From NCBI GenBank assembly GCA_000165425.1, contig CT868001.1, positions 62,001-126,000 on the forward strand: a DNA stretch of 64,000 bases, read 5' to 3'. Position numbers and translations under genes: made by a program. Position 1 is the first letter of the stretch. Each line of letters begins with the position of its first letter. The notes beneath the pieces were generated by a model. The model ran no database searches and was not told the DNA's origin. It was given only the letters and a program-made list of their open reading frames with translations. This document shows, in pieces, positions 52,954-64,000 of the stretch. Source of the DNA: Paramecium tetraurelia. Lineage: Eukaryota.

Positions 52954-54201
52954 ATGTTTCATTAATCGCAATCTCTTAATAATCTATAAAGGGATCTTCA
53001 TCTAAAACCATTACAAATAGCAGCAAGATATCCGGAAAGTGCTGACTTCAACATTAAGTTAAAGTTCTTTTTGCCACAGATTAAAAAGGCTGAACAAAGT
53101 AGTGTGTTTACAGAATAGTCAAAGTACCTTCGACTACCATAGTTATAAAATCATATGGCATCAAGTGATTAGCTCTAAAGTAAGAAGATTGAGATAAGAA
53201 AGTCAAGCACTCCCAAAAATTAAAGGAGATAAACAACTCTATATGCTATGAGAACTAAAGCAGGATGCCAAATTAATAAAGCTACAAAAATCAACCAAGA
53301 TTCAGCAATTGTTTGTCCTAAAATTCTTGAAAAGTATCGATCTATGATAAATAATCTAGTATTGGTTATAAGCTATTTGCAGTTTCAGATGGACATGGTC
53401 TAAATGGCCATCTTGTGTCCAATTTTATCAAACAAACGCTTCCTAAACATTTCCATAAGTATTTAGTAGATAACCAAGAAGATATTAAAATGTAAATAGC
53501 TAGAGCGTTTACAATTACAAATAGAGAAATTTGGAACTCAAATACTGATACAAATCTTTCTGGCTCTACTACAGCATCAGTACTCATCACAAAAGATAAT
53601 GTAACTTGATATTGCTATAATTTTAGATCTATACTGCAAACGTTGGTGATTCAAGAGCAATTTTATGTAAATTTGATTAAATTTGGAAAATTGTACCATT
53701 AACGAGAGATCATAAACCAGATGATCCTGAAGAAATGAAAGTTATAATTGATGCGGGGGGTAGAGTTGAACAATAGAAAGGTTTTAATCAATTACTTAAA
53801 TTTAGATTTTCATGGGAATCCAATAGGACCCTTTAGAGTTTGGTTATAGTATATTTAAGCACCAGGTTTAGCAATGTCTAGATCCTTTGGTGATAAAGTA
53901 GGAGCTTAAGCAGGAGTAACTGCAATTCCTGAAATTAAAGAATTTCCTTTGACTAAACATAATCAATTCATTATTGTTGCTTCTGATGGAGTTTGGGATT
54001 ACATGAGTAACGAAGAGGTATTTTATTTAATAATTAGGTTATGGGCTTGGTGATCCCATACTTTGAAAAGGATAATCCAGAACATGCTGCAGAGAAAGTC
54101 GTTAAAGAGGCAATTTAAGCATGGAGAAGAGTAATATTTGAATCCAATTTTAGAATAGTTTAGCAAGAGACGATATTACTTGCATTGTTATCTTTCTATG
54201 A
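52954..54201 (+). CDS. Protein phosphatase 2C
   Basis: NQDS, AVSDGHG, SGST, YTANVGDSRA, DHKP, PGLAMSRSFGD, ASDGVWD, DDITCIVI; several short introns. Confidence 0.93.
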
Positions 54202-54937
54202 CTAGAACAAGTAAGGGTAGAATGAAATAAACCTATTTTGTTCTTATTTTATAAAATTAGACTTAAATTTTATTTTATTTTTGGTTAGATAGCTGGAAAA
54301 AGAAAATACATTTCTTAAATTGTTTAATTTTATAATTTATCCATTTAGTTTAAGAATATTTAAGATATAACAAAAGTGAAGGAATTTCTAAAAATTTATC
54401 ATTAACTAAATTTATTAACATAAATTAATAGCTTTCTAGTTGAATATATTAAGATTATGTAAATTGAATATAATCATTTTAAACTTATTTATTAATTTAT
54501 AACCTTTATTCAAATATCTTTTAAGCATTAGTGCTTCTTTTGCTTTGATGTATATATTCTCGAGCTAGAGTTTATTTAAATTTCGCACAGATGCATATAA
54601 TAGCTGGTAGAAATCCTTATTGTTAATTTAAATTTTCAGCAACCATAGCTTTATATTTTACATAACTTATAGGGGATCTCACGTATTTAAGCTTCAAGAC
54701 AGACTTTTAGATGAGATTTAGAAAACCATTTAACACATCAATTTTAACTTTGAATATAATTCTAATTCATATTTTTTAAGATTTCAAAGAGTCTTTTATA
54801 TTAGAGATAGCTTTATTAAAAATATTCAAATTAATACAGAAGAGGTTAGAAAAAACTAAAGATTAAGAAAGATGATGAAAATACTTTTGTTAAATAAAAT
54901 CAAATTTAAAAAGTATCAACTTTTATTTATTAATAAA

Positions 54938-55888
54938 ATGTTTAAATTTGGATAGGAGAAATTCACAAAAAAGACTTTGCCTAAGAATTTTGCAGATTAG
55001 ATTCTCAATCTTGAAATGGAAATAGAATTGAACGAGTAAGTTCAAATAGAACTCATACAAGATTTGATTTCACTTTATATGGTAATAATTTATCGTCATC
55101 TCATTTAGGAAGGAGTAGAATATTACGAATCGATTAAAGACAGAAGACATCTTTATTTTTAGAGAAAGCTTAATGCACTAATGTTAAAGCCTACTTTTAT
55201 TAATGCAACTTAGAAATTTGAAGAATCTCATAAACCGTAGGATGACAATTAAGTCAAGAGAGCAAAGTTTCAAGAATAAACTCGCAGGATAGAGCTTGAT
55301 CTCATTTACAGTCAAACTGAATCCAAAGAGGTATTCATTTCAATTTGCGATTGAGGCTCAAGTTAAAGGAATAGTTGACAATCACACAAATTAAGTCATG
55401 AAAATTGAGAGCCTTATCAAAAATGAAATTGCCAATTAATCAGATGTATTACAAATGCGTCTTGAAAGACGACGCCGTTCAAAGTTGACCCATTCTCTAA
55501 GTCAACCTGAAATAGATCTGCAATCTCAAAAATCTGGTAATAGCAATAAGAAAAAATAAATTGAATTACACGAGTAAATAGGTATTCGCAATTCAATATC
55601 CTTTTAAGTGCAAATCAAATAAATCATTCATGAGGAAGATGAGACAGCGGCAAATAAAAAAGATTCCACATTACAATAGACTAAAGAAAAGAAATGGGAA
55701 ATAATCCATTAGGCATCTTTAAATTAAGAGAATAAGTATACTGCAATTTATTAAATCACAGAAAGCGAACAAATAGTTTGATTCAGAGAAGGAGATCTTT
55801 ATTTTTGACGACAAAACAAATGATATAAATTAAAAGATCCTTAAGTTGTGGAGCTTAAGAACCTGTAGAAGGACTCAAAAATGAATGA
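54938..55888 (+). CDS. Hypothetical coiled-coil protein
   Basis: LPKNFADQILNLEMEIE..LISLYM-EGVEYYES; introns ~55082-55108 and ~55331-55355; TGA 55886-55888. Confidence 0.7.
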
Positions 55889-56099
55889 ATGACAATGTAG
55901 TAATAATAATTATTATCATAAACGCATTATTATACTTTGCTTATTCTGTATATTTATTCTCTTTCTCCAAACTTTATAGGCTAAATAATTTGGAACAGGA
56001 TCTATAAGAAGGCAGAGATACTACCCTTAAAGACAAACATTTTTTATATCTGATAGTCAATATTAAAATTTATAAATATATATTTAAATAGATAATTTA

Positions 56100-57672
56100 A
56101 TGAATTAACTTGAGGACGGAGAAGTTCCCACAAATAATGAACCCAAAAAAAGTGGAGCATCCATATACTCTTCAACTTACAGAACAAAAGTTTGTGAGCA
56201 TTTCAAAAAAGGCTCCTGTATTAAAGGCAATAAATGTTCATATCTGCATCCGAAAGAGTTATAGAATGTTACTCGCATTTGCAAGTATTACTTAGGGCAA
56301 GGATGCTAGAATTCGTAACAATGCTAATATTCTCATGATTTGTCAAAATACCAATGTAAATTCTTTTTTGCAATGAGTAATTGCAAAGGATAGAATTGTC
56401 GCTTTTCACATGATCTTTGGGAAAATGAAATCGCCAAGCAACAATGGGCAGCTGACAATGATTAATTTTTAAGAGATACTTATCAAAGAAGAGTAAATTT
56501 TAATTTTATTTTCTAATAGGGTACTACTGGTTTAGGAGCAGCTTATGATGAATAATACAAAATGAAAGTTTTCGAACAATAAAAAGCCAATCCAAGTATT
56601 TCATTATTTTATATTCTTTAAAGATCAGAGAAGCTACCCCTTTTATCCAAATAATTATATGCCTCCACAATCATAAATGCAAATGAATATTTTATAGCAA
56701 ATATCTCCATAAATCCCTTAAGGAAGAACCAAATTACCCATCAATAATGACTTGGATCCAATAAGTGATGAAGAGCAATAAGAAGAAATTAACAAGATGC
56801 CAAAGCTAAACATCTACGAACAACAAAACCCATACTAAATGCACTAAAATAACATTGCACCCATTCCTCAGCATTCACCATTTTAAATTAATCCTTAATT
56901 CCTTCAATAAAGAATATCTATCAATTAGTAAAATTAATTTTTGTATCCTACTCCAGTCCTTCCAAACTAATAACAACAATAAATGTTTTAATAGTAATAA
57001 TAAGCATTTTAATCAATGAAATATTATCAATAATAGACTTAAAATAATATGTTAATCAATTAATATCACCAGCAACAAGCATATTAATTATAACAATAAC
57101 AACCTCTTATTGAAGAACAAAAAGAATAACTGTTATAATAATAATCACAATAACAATAATAAATAATCTAATAATAGAAGTAATAACAATTATAATAGTT
57201 ATAATAATAACAAATTTAATAATAACATTAATAGTAATAATTTTTATAATAGCAATAATAACAACCATAATAGCCATAATAACAATAATAATAATAACCA
57301 TAATAGCAATAATAACAATAATAGCAATAACAACAATAGTAACAATAATAGCCTTAATCATAATTTGAATAATAAACTAATATAGGAAAGCAAGAAAATA
57401 AAGAAAAATTCGAATATAAATAATAAAAGAAGAAATCCTCAGAAAAACAATAGAAAAAAATAAAAAAAAAGAAATAATAAAGGTTTAATAATAAAAAGAA
57501 AATGGAAACTATTAAATAGATTAAGGATAGATTAAAAAAATAAAAAAGTAAAATAAAAACCATCCAAATTCCTCCAGAAATGCCTGTCGATAGCTTTAAA
57601 AATGGACCGATCAGCAAACATCTTGGAATAACTATACGAAAGCCTGTACTCTAGTATTTCTTAGGTTTCTGA
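56100..57672 (+). CDS. Triple CCCH zinc-finger protein with Gln/Asn-rich low-complexity region (ZC3H4/6/8-like architecture)
   Basis: RTKVCEHFKKGSCIKGNKCSYLH, ICKYYLGQGCQNSQQCQYSH, CKFFFAMSNCKGQNCRFSH; TGA 57670-57672. Confidence 0.85.
57120..57360 (+). repeat. Coding AAT/AAC-rich low-complexity tract (poly-Asn/Ser/His)
   Basis: Degenerate trinucleotide runs (aataacaataataat..) in frame within the CCCH gene. Confidence 0.8.
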
Positions 57673-57843
57673 TTCATCATAAATAAATCAAAAAAATTGT
57701 TTATAAAAAAATTATTTCTATAGCCTCATACATTTGATAATTAAATGGTATGAGGAAATTAAATACTCTCTCAATTTTATTAGAAAAGTGAGAGGGAGGA
57801 AAGAATAGTGTTTTATTGATTAATTTATAATAATAATTGATTA

Positions 57844-60160
57844 ATGAAAAAATTTCTTGTTGCATAAAAATCTATAGGATTTATTCGATCAATCCGAGAA
57901 ATCTTTGATGAAGAGTACAATGAACATGCCTAGGAATATGAGGAAATTCTGCACACAATAAAAAATAGCTAATTGTAATTTACAGATTCTAATTTCCCTC
58001 CTTAAAGCAGCTCCTTAAGCTTGTCAGAATTACCCAAGAGTAAAGTTCATAAATGAAAGTAGGTTGGAAAAATTTGACATGGAAAAGAGCAAATGAGATC
58101 TTTGATGATTATGATATATTTAATGGATGTATAGAGCCATCGGACATAAAATAAGGGATTTTAGGAGACTGTTATTTTCTGTGTGCACTTAGTGTAATAG
58201 CAGAGAAAAATGAATTAGTAAAGCGCCTCTTTCATAACAGCGAAGTGAGTCAATATGGTTTGTATGCAGTATGGTTAAATATAAATGGAGAATGGACATC
58301 AGTAGTGATTGATGATTACTTTCCATGTACAGATAATTTACCAGCCTTCAGTAGGGCGAATGGGTTATGGGTTATGCTCTTAGAGAAGGCTTATGCTAAA
58401 GTTTATGGATCATATTTGAATATCGAAGGAGGGAATCCTGCAATAGCAATGAGAGATCTTACAGGAGCCCCATATGAGAACAAAGAGAGTGGTTCAGCTT
58501 AAGAATTTTGGGAGTACTGTGAGTAGAATCATGCTCAAGGATTCTTACTAACAGCTTATACAAAGGAAGCAGAATTGATTAATCACGAGAATGAATTGGG
58601 ATTGTTGGCTGGACATGCTTATGCGATTTTGAAGTTAGCTAACGTTTTAGATTAGAACAATAAGTAATGCAGAATAATGCAAATGAGAAATGTATACTAC
58701 TAAATATAATATGTAGCCATGGGGACGAGTTGAATGGAAAGGGGATTGGTGTGATAGCAGTAATAAATGGACAGAATAGACAAAGCAATAATATAGTGTA
58801 GAAGACAATGATGATGGTATTTTTTGGATGTCGATAGAGGATTTCAGAACATTTTTTGCAGGGATTGGAGTTTGCAAGATTAAGAATGATTACATTTATA
58901 ATAGCATTCAATGTTAGTTAAACGAATAGAATTGTTGCATAATTCATTTAGATATGGTTGAGGACTCTCACATTTATATCTCATTTAATTAGAATGATAA
59001 TCGATTTCATTTGCATTAGATCGCTGATTACAGGTATTCTTTTGTTAGAATTATTGTATCTCAATTGGTGGATGATAACCTAAAATATATTTCAGGTATT
59101 TATAGGGCTGACAGGAATGTTGTAGTTGAACAGAATTTAAAGAAGGGTTAATATTTAGTATTTATTGAATTGTAATGGCAATATTCCTAAATTCAAATAA
59201 TTAGTACTTTGAGCACTTATGCAAGTAAGAAGGCTAAACTCAAACGTATAAATGGTTTGGATTATTTAAATTCTATTAGAAACATAATAAAAGATTATTC
59301 TGATAACAATGTACATAAACTTAAAGAAATAAACTATTTGGATCAATATAACAAAAACATATTTAAGAGAATTGGTATTGTTGATGGATATTTATTCCTT
59401 CATTACTAAAATCAAACCTTCGATAGTATTTTATAGGAAGTCATTCACTTTACTGATACAATTGGGTATGTGCCAATTTCTCCTTTGTAATCCAATGGTT
59501 TTTAAAAGGATGGCTCATTGAAGGTTCAATTCACTTCGCCACCTTAATCTGTGGTTATTATTTTGTTATCTTAGGTAATGATTCTTAGTGAAAATAGGTT
59601 AGAAGTTCTATTGGAAAATGCTAGTACACTCAACAATCATAGAGTCAAATTATCTGCATTCCTTAAAAGCACGATTAATATGATAATAATCAATTCATTT
59701 TAAAGTAGCTAAATCTATCATAGATGCAATTAGTGGGAAGACACAAATTGAATATCAAATTTTATCAAGCTCATTTGTAATCTAAATCTAAGAATTCAAA
59801 TTTAATTAAGATATTTCAACCTCCACCTGAAAATGTTGAACTTTCCAGTTTGGAAACTTCCATATTTTATTATTTCCATGATTTCCTGTCAGGTATTATT
59901 GATTCTTATTATAGATGTTTGGGAACCTTTTATATTCTATATAATAATGTTGAATTTTATATCCATTATGATATTGAATAGTCATAGAACACACTTAGCT
60001 CAAGTATCATTTATCATATAATTTAGATTAGCAATTTACTCCTTTTCATATGTTAAATATTGAGTGGTCAAAAATAAAAAAAATCTATCATTCGTATCAT
60101 GTCTAAAGCATAATTCATTTCAATATTTTTAGAGATAATAACTAGATTGTTGAGTTTTGA
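57844..60160 (+). CDS. Calpain-family cysteine protease (CysPc plus C2-like domain)
   Basis: Intact triad motifs QGILGDCYFL, GHAYA and MRN-PWG; also LWVMLLEKAYAK, DDGIFWMS. 3' end uncertain. Confidence 0.88.
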
Positions 60161-60415
60161 ATGTCAATATTTTGCTCTCCCTCCAAATCAAATGACTGCC
60201 CTTTATAAGTTTTTATTAATTATTACTATTCTCCTTAATTTCTTACTTTTTGTATGTATACTGAAATTCCTTATTCATTATGAGACTATTGAGACTGAAA
60301 TCTTCAACCCAATGCAACTAAGGTATAAATGTCTTTATAATTTAGATTCAATAATTATTTAAAAAAACTGTCAATAAAATGAATGTTTGATATTATATGT
60401 ATTAAATGATTAAAT

Positions 60416-62665
60416 TCACTTATTTTTATCCCAACTTTAGAGTTGTTATTGAGGACTGAAAGTCTGATTTTAACATAATTTATTTTTCGGAGTCAAATGT
60501 TCGTTATTCTTATCATTCTAATCAAATGAGTTTCTTTTCTTGGGTGATGAGGGTTTTTCTGGTTTTGGTGGTTTTTCAGAATATGAGACTGTACCTCTTC
60601 TTTTTAATCTTGAATCACATTTATTTATCTCCAGTTCTCCGCTTTTGCTATTTTTTTCATTCTTAGCTTTCGTTTTAACATGATCATTTAGTACTCTATC
60701 TGCTGCATCTGGATTTTTGTATTCATCTCTTTCTAGAACTTCCTCTATTTCTAAAAATTATGACTAAAATTACTTGCATTTACATCATTTTAATTTTTAA
60801 TTTCTTCTTAATCTTAAAAGATATTATCTATCTCACCAAATTTTTAGCTCGATACTATTGTAGAGTTATCCTATTAGACTTTCATTTCCTGTTACTGAAT
60901 AATGATATTTTTTTAATCACTTTCTTAGAATTAAATTGATGGTATTTATTATTAAATTATCTATTATTATTATTATGGTTGTTGTTGTTGTTATTGTTAT
61001 TATTATTATTAATTGTTGTTTTATTCTACCACTTCGGTCTATTTTATAATATTGTTGTCCGAAGTAAATTTGATTGATTACATCAAGGCTTCCTCTTATT
61101 CCTCGTTCTCATAAGAATTTGGATTTTACCCAAGTAAATATGTATTTTCGTTCTAAAAAATCTATTGGTGATTTTGTAGATAAGCAGTCCAATTTTCATC
61201 TTAGAAATCTCCTTTCAAGATGTATGACAGTTTATTTGCCATTCCTTAATATCCTTTAGTGATTTATTTTTTTATTGATCCTACTTGATATTTCTCTTAT
61301 TAGTTAAGAAAAATAAAAAATCCCATGAGATTGGCAGCGTTGTAAGCCTCTTGAATTTATTAGTATGCATCATTCTTCATGACTAATTAGATCAGCTCTA
61401 AGAAGAGATTCTAGATAGCATTATTGAATTAATGTTTAAGAATCAATTGCATAATTGCAAAGCATACATTTTAATGCTAAATGTAAGGAATAATTTATGA
61501 GTCATTCATTTTTACTATCTTCAAGTATAATTCGACCAATTGTAATTTGAATTAGCCTAACGGTTCCTGGTTTGCCCCATAGGATGTTGGAAATGGAGCT
61601 AAGATTTTATAGATAGATTACTTAAATTTAAATCTAAATTAAGCAAGTCTACTAGATTAATGCCAACCTCTTAGATTAGCAAATAATTAATAAATATTTT
61701 ATTTTCACCTGCTTAGATATCTCGCTAAATGTACTCTAGAATGATTATCAGTATCTTGATCATTGAACTTGACTTGCTAATATACTAGAAATTAAAATTC
61801 TTAATACTATTGAATCATATCTCAAACTGGAGGATAGAATGGTATTAATAAACTATGCTCTCTCGTCATCATCAATTGTTTCAGTTAAAATATTCTGTAA
61901 AATATAAGATACATTCTCCACAATTACACCGTTATAACTTTTTGATTATAAATAATCAATAATGCGTGTGAGTAATTACAACCTCTGATCTATATAAACC
62001 TCTTCGCCTTCGTCTTTAATTATATCCAATCGAATAAGGTTGTATATTATTTCCGCAATCTGAGGCACATCTAATAGTTTAATGAGATCCTTAAATACAT
62101 ATTAACTTTCTTTTTGCGAATTTAATAAATATTTCCAAAGCTAAATATTATTTTTATAGAATTACACTTATTCCTCTTTTTTCAATTAATGCTTTTAATA
62201 TTTTTGCCACATACCCTGCAAGTGTATTATCAATGAAATCTCTGTCTATTGTTTTGAATAGCATATTAAGAAATTCAAATTCCTCAGGTCCCTTTTAATC
62301 AAAAAAATAATTGATTATCAATTCCTCTTTACTTCCAATAATTTCACTTACTAGAAAAGGATATCTAGAGATCACTATTAAATTGTACTTGTAAGGGATG
62401 ACTTCTTCATTCTCCTTGGGCATGAGATTAATTATTTATAGCATTTCCCAAAAGCGTTCTGGAGATTTTGTAACACTATTTCTATAAAGTATTTTTACAA
62501 TTCACCGAACAATTTTATGTTTTGTTTGGACTCCAACAGATCCTCTTGATCTAATATTTCTCGCAATTACGCATTAGGATTATCATTGAAGTATTGCCCT
62601 ATTTTACTTTGTACCTTTTGCCCTGCTCTTTTTCTACTATATATTGTAATGAATCATTACCTCAT
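60416..62665 (-). CDS. SIT4/PP6 phosphatase-associated (SAPS) protein
   Basis: LREILDQEDLL, YK-YPFLVSEII, NTLAGYVAKI, PGTVRL..GRIIL, GFFIF; several short introns; TGA 60416-60418. Confidence 0.8.
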
Positions 62666-62961
62666 GTATATGATGATTATATAATATTAATTTTTATTAA
62701 TTCATTTTCTAAACTCAGATCATATAGTGATTTATAATTAATTTACTATTTTATGTTGTTTAATAAATTCTACTAACCAAGTTTTTATGAACTCCTGGAA
62801 AATTTAGATAGACTCTATTCTAAACAAAATCACATATCCTAACAGGTAATCAAGCAATAAATACTGACACATGCACATATATTATCACCTTGATAAAATA
62901 AACTGGAGATTGATTCTACTATTTTTGATAAAAAAAGATTTTATAATAAAAATTAATAATT

Positions 62962-63027
62962 TAATCAGAATAGCGACGTTTGATTCATCAATCTCAGACG
63001 AACGAGACCGTGTTTATCCTCATATGG
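62962..63027 (-). ncRNA. Box C/D snoRNA with two rRNA antisense elements
   Basis: Minus strand: box C ATGAGGA (63017-63023), guide GGTCTCGTTCGT, D' CTGA, C' TGATGA, guide AACGTCGCTAT, box D CTGA (62965-62968). The guides match conserved SSU ACGAACGAGACC and LSU ATAGCGACG. Confidence 0.85.
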
Positions 63028-63289
63028 TATTTCTATTATTGTAATCTAATAATAAGCTTTTATTAAGATTAATTAATATTATGGGATAATATTAATTAAT
63101 AAATAATATTCTTGATCTAAAAACTCAATATTTTGTTGGAGATACTCGAAAATATTTCTAACATTGGGTCGATCCTTAGAATTAATATTTTCACTTAGAA
63201 ATTCAAATTATGTGTATTTAATGGTTTTGGATGTTTTTGTTTATTTTAATGATAATCTAACAATATATACAATAAATAATATTAAGTTC

Positions 63290-64000
63290 ATGTAAAAATT
63301 ATCTCTGGAGCAACATTTGAATGGACTTGAAAGGGAAGCTTATTCATATAAATGCAAGATCAAAGAGCTTGATAAGTATTCATATTGAGCTTTGTAGGGT
63401 GGTTAATCAATAGAGTGGGATTATAGAATTATAATAATAAAGAATTAATGAGTTGGAGGAAATCAATATTGATTTGAATAATAAACTGTTTAAGGTCGGC
63501 GAAGAGAAAAATGAAATTCAGGAAAGCAAAAGTATCTTGGAAACATAAATACGAAATTTATAGGAGTAAATTTTGCACACAATATAATGCACTGATGTAT
63601 TTATTTGATTAAAAGGGCCAATAGTAGTCGTAATTAGAATACGATTTGAAAAAGGAAAGGAATCTGACAACTCAATTAGAGAAGGAGATTTAAATATAAA
63701 GAAGCTAATTGGAGCATTTAGAATTGGAGCGCTAAAAATTGGATTAGGAATTGAAGACAAAGAGTTTAAATTAAGTAATATACATTAACAACGATGCTCT
63801 GACTAATGTCTTACAGAATTACAACTAGTATTTTGAGAACTTCAATAATGAAAAGCAATAATTACTAAATTAGATTCAATATTCTAAGGTTTTGGAAGAA
63901 AAGACAAGTAAATAAGAATTCAATAATTAGAAATTGAGAATCAAAAGCGAATTGATAGATTATAGATGATAATAAAAAATGCAGAGGAGAAAAAAAGGGC
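63290..64000 (+). CDS. Coiled-coil protein, truncated by the window end
   Basis: MQKLSLEQHLNGLEREAYSYKCKIKELD; 22-nt intron near 63376-63397; heptad-rich sequence continues to 64000. Confidence 0.65.

Noticed and set aside
57120..57360. Array or CRISPR-like repeat
   Set aside because: Degenerate trinucleotide coding tract with no repeat-spacer structure.

Overview
AT-rich eukaryotic DNA from a ciliate macronuclear chromosome, most likely Paramecium. Genes read through TAA/TAG (Gln) and stop only at TGA, carry tiny 21-30 nt GT..AG introns and are very densely packed. The supplied standard-code ORF track therefore shows only fragments; I re-translated by hand with the ciliate code, so boundaries may be off by a few nt. 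I support about 30 protein genes, including a mitochondrial carrier, PAP2, two GSTs, APC2, CaM-lysine methyltransferase, LCAT, a PAS membrane protein, BI-1/TMBIM, an ankyrin-AGC kinase, WDR26, MAM33/p32, IFT20, PP2C, a CCCH protein, calpain and SAPS. There are also three decaying pseudogenes (SQOR, ePHD protein, catalytically dead RNase H2A), two apparent pseudo-enzymes, one dual-guide C/D snoRNA and one highly atypical tRNA(CCA). The tRNA is the best lead: 4-bp anticodon stem (C27:A43), A/U-rich C1:G72 acceptor stem, U14 and C73, in a genome where UGA is the only stop codon. Several divergent gene pairs have only 8-14 nt between start codons. I saw no transposon, CRISPR or telomere.
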